Origin: Eukaryota sp. TZLM1-RC
Lineage: Eukaryota > Protista > Metamonada: BaSk clade
Length of the DNA: 64,000 nucleotides
Assembly: GCA_040285825.1 (NCBI GenBank)
Contig: JAUPSS010000001.1
Span: 186,001 to 250,000, forward strand
Direction of reading: 5' to 3'
The translations under genes and the position numbers were made by a program. Below the pieces are notes generated by a model that worked only from the letters and a program-made list of their open reading frames with translations, was not told the DNA's origin and ran no database searches. This document shows, one piece after another, positions 45,214 through 55,852 of this stretch. Position 1 is the first letter of the stretch. Each line of letters begins with the position of its first letter.

Positions 45214-45891
45214 ATGAGTACTATAGACTTTTGGCTTAGAGAGATAGATGGTGACTTAACCAGCATAGAGGAATCTCTATCTCAAACTTCTGTTACAAAA
45301 ATGGAAAACCAACAACTTTGCGAACTTGTAGATAGCGTAGAAGCTAAACTACGACAAACTAATCTTGACATAAGACAGACCCGAACTTTACTTGTTGATG
45401 TTGATTGGAACAGGGAAGAATATGAACAAAAACTTGATGAAGCTGCGTCTCGAAGGAACAAACTAGTGGAATTTCATGCTGATGTCAAGCGGAAGTGCAA
45501 CCGCAACAATCTTATTGCAGACACGGAGAACCTTACTGATGGTCAAAAGGTCAGAGCAGCTCAAGTAGTTGCTGAAAAGACCTCTGGACTGATCAAACAT
45601 GGAAGAAACATGCTCCATAACATTGAAGGACAGGCCGTGGTTACTGCAGATGAACTAGCATCTCAAACAGGGGTTCTGGAAAATGTTCACCAACACCAAC
45701 AGGAGCTCAGATCTGAACTCAAGATTGCTGAACATCAGCTCAGAGTTTTTTTACGAACAATGATGACCGACAAGTTCATAATGATGGTACTGTTGCTTAT
45801 AGTTTTAGGTTTATTGTTTATTATTGTCTATTCAATCATTAATCCAGATGCTAATACTAATGTTCCTGATGAATTTAAACCATCAAGTTGA
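45214..45891 (+). CDS. Q-SNARE (Qb/Qc type) with C-terminal TM
   Basis: Helical N-terminal domain, SNARE heptads with Q layer (ELASQTGVL), MMTDKFI plus TM anchor. Confidence 0.8.
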   Translation: MSTIDFWLREIDGDLTSIEESLSQTSVTKMENQQLCELVDSVEAKLRQTNLDIRQTRTLLVDVDWNREEYEQKLDEAASRRNKLVEFHADVKRKCNRNNLIADTENLTDGQKVRAAQVVAEKTSGLIKHGRNMLHNIEGQAVVTADELASQTGVLENVHQHQQELRSELKIAEHQLRVFLRTMMTDKFIMMVLLLIVLGLLFIIVYSIINPDANTNVPDEFKPSS

Positions 45892-45984
45892 TGTGTAAAT
45901 TGTATAATAAAAAACATAAAATAAAATATTTAATTCCAAAAAATGAAATTAAAAGAAAATGAAATACTAAAAACTAAAGTACTA

Positions 45985-47409
45985 TTAAACCCTCTTTTTC
46001 TTTCTTAATTGCCTTGCCCTTTTCTTTAACCTTTCAATTTCTTCTTCCTTTTCCTTTGATCCTTTCTGCATTGCTTCGTACATCTTTCTCTTCTTCTTTG
46101 GCATCATGATCTTGGCTCTATTAACTTCAGACTCTGACACCCTTCGCTTAACTCCAACGCCAACCTCCTCCTCATCATCAGAGTCGTCATCAGAGTCGTC
46201 ATCACCATCATCCATGACGTCATCGACATCCGATTGATTCTCTAATTGATTGTCTGATTGATTGTCTGATTGATCTACACTTCCTGATTTTTCTTGTAAA
46301 ATCTCTGAATACCTTCTGGGCTTGTAATCATCTTCATTATACTCAACAAATGGTGATAAATGAGAGGGTAATTCAACTCCAGGACGGTACTTGAGCATTG
46401 AAAGTCTTGTATTAAAGTTTAAACAATCAACTATCCACTGTGGCTGAACGTACTCCCTGCCCACCGTCTGATTAAGTGGTTTAGGTCGATCACAAATTTC
46501 CAAGGTAATGGAGGGATCGTCACTGCCAAAAGGGGAGTCTACACCGTCCCAACCGACTCTTCCCTGACAAGCAAGGATCAAGAGTTTGAAAATATCACGA
46601 GGAACTTCTCTACCAAGGAAAACAACTTCATTTGACAGAGAGAAACCTTCATTTTGCGTTTTGAATTCTACATCTTCTTCCGCTTCTTCTTCAGAATTTA
46701 AATCATTTACCAATTTAAATAAAACAAAAGCAAGCAAAACTTCGTAGAATTGAACAAAAGTATCCATTACTTTGTAGTCAATGTTTTTTGGTAAATCTTG
46801 AGGAAATGGGTAAGGAATCCTCCAAATAACTGATTGTCCACTTATAAGGGCCCTACAATAGACTCCCTTAATAGAAAGAAAAGCAGCATTAAGAGATTTT
46901 GACTTGACAATGTAGTCTTCCCACTTTGAGACAAGTGACTTACAATTTGAGACTCGCTCTGGGGTAATTCCTTGGTCAGAAGGGAGGGAGGCGAATAAGT
47001 AAATCATAGAGAGGGCATCATCAAGTTCAAACAGCGCACGTTCAAAAGTAGGGTATCGTTCCTTGATGATGTGATCTAGGGTGATCTGTGGCTTCTGGAG
47101 ACGTAGATTTGTTGCAAGGCCCGTATCGCGACGGTTGAGTGCCTTGGAGTGACGTTTCAGGAAAGATTTCATTTCACGAAACTTCTGGAGAAGGGGTTCA
47201 TGTTGGAGGTATTTGATGTCCTTAGTGAGATAATATGTTTTGTTAGAACCGTGGACCTTACGTTTGGGTGTACGTGGAAAGATGCCTTTGAGAATGCATA
47301 GTCTGCGAAAATCTTTGAGAGTAACCTGGAGCCTTTTGATAGCCATAGTACGTGTTATATACGACACAGCTGTGCCGGAAGTGCCCTTCTTTTTCATGTG
47401 ATTCCCCAT
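45985..47409 (-). CDS. PES1: Pescadillo/Nop7 ribosome biogenesis protein
   Basis: YITRT.A.K.LQV.L.DFRRLCILKGI.P, ERYPTF..AL..LDDAL, BRCT with REYVQPQW, LPSHLSPFV. Confidence 0.97.
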   Translation of the reverse strand: MGNHMKKKGTSGTAVSYITRTMAIKRLQVTLKDFRRLCILKGIFPRTPKRKVHGSNKTYYLTKDIKYLQHEPLLQKFREMKSFLKRHSKALNRRDTGLATNLRLQKPQITLDHIIKERYPTFERALFELDDALSMIYLFASLPSDQGITPERVSNCKSLVSKWEDYIVKSKSLNAAFLSIKGVYCRALISGQSVIWRIPYPFPQDLPKNIDYKVMDTFVQFYEVLLAFVLFKLVNDLNSEEEAEEDVEFKTQNEGFSLSNEVVFLGREVPRDIFKLLILACQGRVGWDGVDSPFGSDDPSITLEICDRPKPLNQTVGREYVQPQWIVDCLNFNTRLSMLKYRPGVELPSHLSPFVEYNEDDYKPRRYSEILQEKSGSVDQSDNQSDNQLENQSDVDDVMDDGDDDSDDDSDDEEEVGVGVKRRVSESEVNRAKIMMPKKKRKMYEAMQKGSKEKEEEIERLKKRARQLRKKKRV

Positions 47410-47452
47410 TTTGTAAAGAAGCAAATTAAATGTTCATTTTTCTTGTTTACTT

Positions 47453-48022
47453 ATGAGCCGTTGTTTCAATTGTGGACTTTTTGGACATATTAGAGATTCT
47501 TGTCCTGTATGATGATGTAGTGTGAGTTGACTTAAGCATCCTGAGAACTGTTGTTATAACTGTCTTCAAGGAGGACACAGAGTTGCCGAGTGTCCTAACG
47601 AGCCCGTGTGTCGTAGATGTCAGCAGCCCGGTCACTTATCTCGTGAGTGCACTGAAGCTCCCCCCACTCAATCATTCACCCGTTCCCAAACTTGCCATAC
47701 ATGTGGGGAAGAAGGACATTTCAGCCGTGAATGTCCCCAAGCTGGTGGTGGTTATCAACCACGTGGCGGTTTCCGTTCCCAAACCTGTTATACATGTGGT
47801 GAAGAAGGACATTTCAGCCGTGAATGTCCCCAAGCTGGTGATGGATATCAACAACGCGGAGGCTACCAACAACGTGGGGGATATGGTGGTGGATACTCTC
47901 GCCCAAAGACCTGCTTCAACTGTGGAGAAGAAGGTCATCTTGCCCGTGATTGTGCCGGTGGTGTGAAATGTTACTCTTGTGGTGGTGTTGGTCACATTGC
48001 ACGTGACTGCCCATCCCAATAA
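47453..48022 (+). CDS. CNBP: CNBP/Gis2-like protein with seven CCHC zinc knuckles; 2 exons (47453-47506, 47537-48022; 179 aa)
   Basis: Seven CxxCxxxGHxxxxC repeats plus RGG linkers after removal of a 30-nt intron. Confidence 0.88.
47507..47536 (+). other. 30-nt GT-AG intron
   Basis: GTATGA...TTGACTTAAG; joins knuckles 1 and 2 in frame. Confidence 0.85.
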
Positions 48023-48454
48023 GTTATTAGTTTTTGTGTTAATAATAGTCTAATTCTAAATGGTTGTTGATCGAAAGTGTTGGTTTGCATGGTTACAGGT
48101 GTTTTTTAATCCCGACTTTAAGTTTCTTTTGGATAACATTGAACTTAAATTCTACTTCTGACGCCTTTTATGTTATTGGGGGGAGAATTTGCTTTGGTGA
48201 TTGTTATAGAATTCAAGTTCAGCAACTTATATTGTTGAGTAAAAATGGTCATTGTTTGAACTAATTGTTCTACAAACTAGGTTAATTTGGAACTGAGTGG
48301 ACGAACTGATCTTGAATGAGATACAACCCAGCCTCTATTTAGTACATAATCGTTTGAGCACAACTCACAAATTCATAGTCTAGGTTCGTTCTAAAAATAC
48401 ATGTTAGACAACGTAATTTATACAATTACGTGTCAAAGTTTTGTCTCAACTGGT

Positions 48455-48550
48455 AGGGTGTAAAATGTACCAAATTCCTAATCATGCTTATCTTAGTCCA
48501 CAATATGGTGGTTCAGGTTGGACAAAGGCCTCAATTCTTACTTCATGTGG
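48455..48550 (+). mobile_element. Short internal fragment of family A retrotransposon
   Basis: Encodes CKMYQIPNHAYLSPQYGGSGWTKASILTSC. Confidence 0.8.
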
Positions 48551-49038
48551 CAATATTTTATTTTATTGACAGTAAATCAACTCTATGTCCATCAACATTG
48601 GGTCTTTTGGAAGGAAAATTGTTCACAGTGTAAATAGAGTTGAAGAGGCCGTGGTGAAAAGTAAATTGTTGCTAAATCTTCTAAGTTGATCTGTATTTCC
48701 TCATTTTGTTAAGTTATATCATTTATAACGTACAATTTTTAGAACAAACAAATGAACTAGGGCTTCAGAAGTGATTTCTCCTTCACATATGGAGCTAGAC
48801 GATATTGAATTAGGAAAACAATAACCTTATCCATTTAAAGGCAAGATGGCCAATTCAATAGTCACAATTGAAAATAATTAATCCACTTTAAAATATGTAT
48901 TCCCCGTTCTGAGTAAATAATCTCTTCTGTTGGCATATACATTAGTTCACAGCAATTTTCAAGAGAAAATAGAAATGATGATTGGTCAAAAGAAGATCCA
49001 TAAAATAGGTTTATATGTGAGATAAATACAAAAAACAA

Positions 49039-50463
49039 CTACATTTTAGCTACAGATCTAGCTCCTTTACAAAATGCTTCAATTTCTTCAACAGTTTTGG
49101 GAATCTCTTGGGTCAAGTTATCAAAACCATTAGCAGTAATAACTATATCGTCTTCCAAACGGACCCCGGAGGCATTCTCCATGTATTCATTAATCTTGTC
49201 CCAATTCAAAAATTTAGAAACAACTTCATTTTCAAAAGCGTCTTTCATGAATTTTCCGGCAAAATAGAAACCTGCTTCAATGGTGATGACCATATTTTCC
49301 TTCAAATCACGTCTCATTCTCAAATACTTAATTCCAGGTTCATTAATACGTTCTACTCCCTTGGGGTATCCTCTAGGTTCATGGACATCAAGCCCAAGAC
49401 CATGCCCTAAACCATGAACAAAAAAGTAGGATGTGACATGGTTATCTAACAATTCCTCAACCGTGCCAGTAGCCATTCCTAACTCAATCATTCCTTCAGC
49501 GCAAGCTCTCTGGGCAGCCCTGTGTAGAAGTTCAAAGGGGACCCCGGGTTTACATAATTCAAATGCTGCATTGTTCATGCGATTGACAAGGTTAACAATG
49601 TCCTTCTGGTAGTCGTTAAATTCCCCAGAAGCAGGAAAAACACGAGTGACATCAGCAGCTAAAGTTAGGAAAAAAAATCCGACAAACCGTAAAGACTTGG
49701 AGTTTCAGCTCCTGCATCGAGCAAGATGATATCTCCTTCACCGATAGTCTTGTCGTTGTCTACATAATGAAGTGTCGAAGAGTTCTTGCCTGCAGCACAA
49801 ATAGGCATGAATGAGGGATTTCTCGACCCTTCCATCATTATTGCTCCTTCAAAAAGAGCCTGGACATGGAATTCCTTCATTCCAGGCCTGATCAGAGCCA
49901 TGACGGTTCGGAAAGCTTTGTTAGTGAAGCCACAAGCTTTTCTAATTTCTTCAATTTCTAGAGGCTTTTTAATAACTCTCATTTCCTCAATGGTTTCCTG
50001 TAATAATTCAGTGTCAATCTCATAGTCACTAAGTACATCCATTGGAAAGAGGTGGGGGAAAACGTACATCTTCTCATGTGAGAACTGGGGAAGAACTGAG
50101 TTGAGATCTTCCACGTCTAACACTTCATCAGCACCGTACTCTTTCGCCAGGTCTTCAAATGAAGGCAGGGGACCCATCCACATTTCAAGTGAGGGATCGA
50201 GTGCAGGGGCGAAAAGAGTGAACTTTCCTGTGGATGCATTGATCATTGCAAGACAATCGGGTCTTTGAACACCAGTTAGATAGAAGAAATTGGACTCTTG
50301 CTGAGATGAGTACATAGTAAGAGGAGCTTACTCTGAAAGGAAGATCACGATCTGTGGTGTACTGAGCAGATGATTTTCCACCACCAAGAAGTAGAATACC
50401 AGAATCAAAGCGAGAGATGAGCTCTTGACGGTTTTGTTGCGCAAGTTCGATAAAGCTACACAT
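49039..50463 (-). CDS. PEPD: Xaa-Pro dipeptidase/aminopeptidase P (M24B); 3 exons (50463-50332, 50300-49688, 49658-49039; 454 aa)
   Basis: Splicing restores PFRQESNFFYLTG and YAADVTRVFP; LHY, LLDAG, HGLGHGLGLDVH, TIEAG, GVRLEDD metal ligands. Confidence 0.93.
49659..49687 (-). other. 29-nt GT-AG intron
   Basis: GTTTGT...CTAACTTTAG on the minus strand. Confidence 0.88.
50301..50331 (-). other. 31-nt GT-AG intron
   Basis: GTAAGC...CTCATCTCAG on the minus strand. Confidence 0.9.
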
Positions 50464-50729
50464 TGGGTAAAAAAAACTTGTAACAAATTATTATTGACAA
50501 TCAATAAAGTCAAAAAAATAACTTTGCATCACATAGACTGAACAAGGAAAGAATTCAAAAACAAACACCAATAATCATTAAATCAGTAAGGAATACACAA
50601 CAATTAAACGATCGACAACCAAAACAGAACCACATAGAAACGGAAATTCTATTTTGATTCAACAAAATCATGCATTGTTGCTGTTGAGAGATTAGATGGA
50701 TCGGGGCAGAAATGTCTACATAAATCGAC

Positions 50730-51310
50730 ACCTTATCATCACATCACCAATTTCAGGATGTATTTTAAGTGAAAAGTTAAATGATGACACTTTGAATTCT
50801 GTTGGTCGTAACAGAGGTGATTTAATGCTTAAAGGACTTGAAGGGACCACTATCATTACTGATGTGAGATCAACTGATGTGTGCAATAATTCTTTCACCC
50901 CATTAGCTCAGTCAAAACACAAGAATCCGCTGTCTGTTGCCGAAAATTCTAAAATTAATAAATATAAAGCAAAGTTGGTTTCCTTGAATGCTGAATCTCA
51001 CTCATTGTGTCCTTTGTCCATTTGCTTTTTCCTTACATGGTACGCTTGGACCAGTTGCTTTATTTTTTGTGGATGATTTTGTTGGAATTGTAAAACAACG
51101 TACAGGAAGAATTTTTGACAAAACGTTTTGGCAGAACAGAATGGTATTTTGCATTTTTAAAGGTGTTGTCCCGTTATTGTCTTCTGCTTTATTATCTCTT
51201 GATCGCTTTTATGAAGGAAAAACTTCCAGTCAATTTTTGTTGGCTGATTTGGGATATGAAGATTTAGAATATTAATTTTTGTGTTTAGTTTTTTGAAAGT
51301 AATAAATTTA
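50730..51310 (+). mobile_element. 3' fragment of RLE retrotransposon (family F)
   Basis: RNRGDL...ITDVRSTDV..., KINKY, CPFAFSLHGTLG, WQNRMVF, ends DLEY* followed by AATAAA. Confidence 0.8.
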
Positions 51311-51417
51311 AAACAGTTTAAAAAAAAGAAAAGTTAAATTAAAGCATTTATGAAACAATGGCAAAATTTCTAGAAATAAGTACTATAATGAGTAATTAAA
51401 TGGAGAATAAAAAATTC

Positions 51418-51921
51418 TTATAAGAGCTTTAAATGACCAACAAGATCGGAAAATAATCCGTAAGGAGCTGGACCCATACCAATCACGGTAATGGACCCTG
51501 CCTCTATTTGAGTACGTCCAGCATCTCTTACAATATAATAAGGAAGTTGAAGGTCTTGTGCCTTTGCTCCCAACTTCAAGATCTCTTCTTCATTATCAGT
51601 GCGTAAAACAACCTTTGCATGACCAAATTTCGAATACTGCTGCTCAAGTGGGGTTCCTTTAATTCGTTCCCACAAAGGAACACATGCATGACAACATTGT
51701 GCAGCAATCTTTCCCTTACCCATTTTGAGATCCGTACGCACAACAAATACCATCTTCAATTGTTCATCTGGTGGGTATTGTGAAAGATCTGGAGCAATAG
51801 TAGATGTATGTTGGTTCGTCAAATGGAGGACTAATTTTTGTATGACGTAAAAGGATATAGCTCCAGTTAACACAAGCACAAGCGAAGTAGTTACATCAAC
51901 TAATGATATTGAAATCCACAT
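51418..51921 (-). CDS. PTH2: Peptidyl-tRNA hydrolase 2
   Basis: N-terminal TM; KMVFVVRTDLKMGKGKIAAQCCHA, KVVL, DAGRTQI..GS.TV.G.GP, GHLKLL. Confidence 0.96.
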   Translation of the reverse strand: MWISISLVDVTTSLVLVLTGAISFYVIQKLVLHLTNQHTSTIAPDLSQYPPDEQLKMVFVVRTDLKMGKGKIAAQCCHACVPLWERIKGTPLEQQYSKFGHAKVVLRTDNEEEILKLGAKAQDLQLPYYIVRDAGRTQIEAGSITVIGMGPAPYGLFSDLVGHLKLL

Positions 51922-52329
51922 TTGGAGATTTTATAATTTTAAAGAAGTCAGAAATTAAGGAGCGATTTTTGGAATTTATTTCACAAATACATTTCCAAAA
52001 TCTCAAATGTTTTGCTTTGCTTGTTTCCATTTTCATTTCCACATTGCCAAAAGTTGATTCTACGTCACTACGACTCGTCTAAATTTGCTTTGTGCTCATA
52101 GAACACTGATTCCACTAGCTAAAATTGTACAGCAGAAATAACAACAACAGAAACCACGAAGAACCATCTATTTCATCTATTTGCAGAAAATTTAAAAAAA
52201 TCTTTTTTGATGGTAAAGTGATTGGTGCAATGGCCTCATTGAATAACCAAAAACGGTTCCTAAAAATTCTGATACTGTTATCAAGTTGAATAAAGTTCAT
52301 CCTTACAAAGAGTCACTGAATAATTTTAT

Positions 52330-54460
52330 GTCTCCTTCAGAATCCACCAGCTATTGGAGATCCAACCCATCAAAATACTTCTGAAGTAGAAGTATTGCAT
52401 GCAATTTTTTCTAGACCGTATGGTAAAGATGCAGGACCCTCAATGATCACTTTTGATCTCTAAAGTGTGCTGCCAAATCTCTGAATACCTTAATACCTCA
52501 TCAACCCATTCATTTAAATTAATTATCCAAAATCCTAAGAGCTTTTCTACAGAACTATGTTCTTCAAGATTGATTCTATTAGCGAATCCAGATGGTGGAG
52601 TTCGTCCCATTGCAATGGAGTGATCCCACGTCTGCTATCTACACTGGTGTTCAATCGAATCAAGAAAAGTGCTAAAATTTTTCTTGGTGCTTTTTAATAT
52701 ATTAAAGAAACTGTTGATGAAGCGAATGCTGTTGCTCATAATATCGATTTATTTATGAATTTATCGATGGAAAATGTTGCTGTTGTCTGTGATTTCAAAG
52801 ATGCCTTTAATTGAGTGAAACGTAGAGCTATTGTTGAAGCAATTCAACATTCCTCTGTATTTGCAAAAGTCACTCTTTTGTTTGAATTTTTACATTCTAC
52901 TCACTCATCATTAGTTATGAAAACTGATGATATATCTTCGTGTTCAGGTTCACAACAAGGTGATTCAATAAGCCCCTTTCTTTTTTGCCTTTTTCTTCAT
53001 CCAATTTTTGTTCAAATCAGGTCACATTATCCAGAACTTGAATGTGGCATAAATCAACCATGTTTCCTCAATAAGTTCTTCTGTAGTTCAGGAAGCCACA
53101 ATATTTGTTTGGAATTTCAGGTTGTCGTATTTGATTTGCACTTAATCCATTCAAGTGCCAAGTTCTTGGTAGACAAAGTGATTATATCTTTTGAGGGAAT
53201 CGAATTGTCATTTGTGAATTATGATGATGATTGTATGGAATTTTTGGGAACATTGATAGTATAATGAGGAATGGTTTGCTCAGTCACTGAAACAAAAGCG
53301 CAAAAAGCTTCTTCTGAACTCGAACAAATTCTAAATTTGCCTTTGAAGAAACAAAAATAGATTTTATGTTGATAGGTTATGTATTGGTTCAAAAATAGAC
53401 CACTTAGTTCGTTCCATTTCTCAAAATTTGACTATTCAATATGTCAAACAGTTGACTGAAAGAACTCAATTTTTTGTTTCAGCACTGAATTTTAGTAATA
53501 TTGATATTGATGTTATTCCTCTTCATGCTTTTAGATCGCATAAACATGGTGGTATTGGCCGAAGACGTTCATCTATTCAATCAAATGCTGCGTCTTCATG
53601 TGGAATCATGAATTTCCTGTATGAACTTGCTGTAAAGTTTTCGCATCAATAGATTTATTTAGTGTACAACTCTTCTTCAGTTGTAATGCAAAATTTACGT
53701 ACCTTCCTAGAAAGTTGTTTCAATGACTTGTGGAAATCATCATTTTCTGTAACAGTTGACTTTACCTCAATTGAAACTAAAGGTTTACCAAACATTTCAA
53801 AAACTGTTCTTAAACTACAGAAGAAGATTATTAATCTTTTAAAAGCAGAATCACTCAACAACCAAATCAGCATGGCTGACAACTCCAATGAATTTTAATC
53901 TATATCCTCCTCAATGCTGATATGAAATGAAAATGTGGTGCTTATGGGTCTTTTGATCACATTATTTTCCGCTGTAAATTCACCCAAAAAAGAATAATTA
54001 TCCAATGTTGTTCGTGATTATATTTATGATCTGTTGCAATGTGCTCATCATCCATTTCGTTTAAAACCTCTGTATATACCTTTTCTCCATAAAAAAGAAG
54101 TTCCAATTCTGACATTCAACATTTACGCAAAGTAAGGAAGCTTTCCAAGAAATCAAAATCCGAAGCCCTTCTACAACGTCTGAATTGAAAAAGAGGCAGA
54201 AACATCAAATTTGTTTCATTTGCAATTTCAACTTTTGGTATCATTGAAACTGAAGGTCTCAATTCTTTAGATGATTTAGGAAACCTTCTCGAAGAACGTG
54301 GTCATACATACGACCTTTTGATTTGGAAAAACAGAAGTGTGCTTTCGTTATTGAAAGCTCTTCCTCGTTATATTAACTCCAGTTTGAATAACATTAAGGA
54401 GTTTTTTAATACGCAAGTTGCTGTGCAAGTGAATAGCGAAAATCTCCCGTCATTCAATTG
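52330..54460 (+). mobile_element. Old decayed RLE retrotransposon (family G)
   Basis: AGPS, RLILLANPDGGVRPIA, DFKDAFN, GSQQGDSISPFLFCL, HGGIG, WKNR; many stops. Confidence 0.8.
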
Positions 54461-54789
54461 ATGGGATTTGAGTAGGTAAAAGCATTAGTTAAGGTTCTTG
54501 GCTGAGTTTTAAGATGTGACTGTTCCTGAAATACATTGTTTGGTAGATATTTTTGATATCAAATTATTTATATATTAAAGAGCTTTTTCAATCAACTGTC
54601 TATTTCTTCTCAGCAATGAGCTGGCAGTGAACCCTAATAAGTCCCTATTCATGATGTAGAATCATAGAAAAACATCATGGGCGGCGGCTTAAAAGTTTTG
54701 CAAGCTCAGTATTTCACGTTGATTGCTAATAGGAAAAATTGATCTTTTGTTTTAAATAAAACGTATTTTTCATATCCAGTGAAAACTTA

Positions 54790-55780
54790 TTTTACAAAAA
54801 TATTTCTTTAAACAACTTAAAAATCAACATCTAAATGAACCATCTTTCACAAAACAAAACAACTAGATGCAACTCTCTCATGGTGAGATGCAAGAGAAAG
54901 TTAAGCCTCAGAAACCATCTTTAACATCCCCTTAAAAATTATAAAACACACTTGTATTCTGCCAAAACAATCTGTTAAATTTTCTATTGCTTCTTTTCTT
55001 CAAAATCTGCGAAAATACGTAAAGCTGTTGTGAACAAGTGAACCAAATAGAGAAAATACAACTGGATACAAATTGGATTTTGCATGCTGTTGGCTGGACA
55101 ATTTGGACAAAGGTTCATTCTATTTTTTTGATTTTTAAATTTTCAGCATTTGGAAGAGGATTATGAATTTCAGAATTAGCTAGCCTTTCATTTGAGACAT
55201 TATAAGGATCAACAGACATTACATCCAACATAATAAAGTTTCCATCTAAACCAGGTAATATGACACCACCTCTGTTATTCTTATGGAAATCATCTTCAGC
55301 ATTAAACAGATTCGACAACAGAGGTTCCAACAAAGGATTCAATTCTATGAGACTTGCACATACAATATAATTGGTCTCTTACAGCATCATGAACCTTGCT
55401 TCTAAAGACAATAATATGTTTACAATTTAACAAATGAGTAATTGTAATTCTTCAACTATATTTGCAAATTAAATTACGAGGTAATGTATCAGGCCAGATA
55501 AAGGAACGAAATCTCATATTCAAAGTCCAAGCAGAATCAGTTAAGAGAGTACCATAAACTTGTGGAATTGTTGTTACTGAGACAGAAGAAGTACTGTCAC
55601 ACATATCTCGTAAAAGATTTGCAAAAGCGGGATTCTTTTTCTTGGCCAAGCCAAGTCCAACATCAAAAACCAAGCTTTCAAAAATCTTAGACGTTTTTCG
55701 TTGAAGCTTTTTACAGCAAAATTGCAAACTAAAAAGAGATCGGATCGGAATTTCTTGAATTGATTGGGGAAAACAGTTAT
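54790..55780 (-). mobile_element. 5'-truncated family B retrotransposon including its 3' end
   Basis: IPQVYG, MRFR..WP...C knuckle, HDAVRD, EPLL, NRG, DVMSVD; matches 1-385 and 22141-22260. Confidence 0.87.
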
Positions 55781-55852
55781 TATTTTTGATTGAAATTGAA
55801 AAAAGTGAAATCCCTTTTCTAACTTTTTCTCATTTCTGTAGCATAACCTATA

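Noticed and set aside
46170-46272. Short tandem repeats (DNQS and DDDS codons)
   Set aside because: Ordinary low-complexity acidic region of pescadillo
54648-54682. Inverted repeat CATGATGT/ACATCATG suggesting a small RNA
   Set aside because: Only an 8-bp stem with no complete C/D or H/ACA boxes; could be chance
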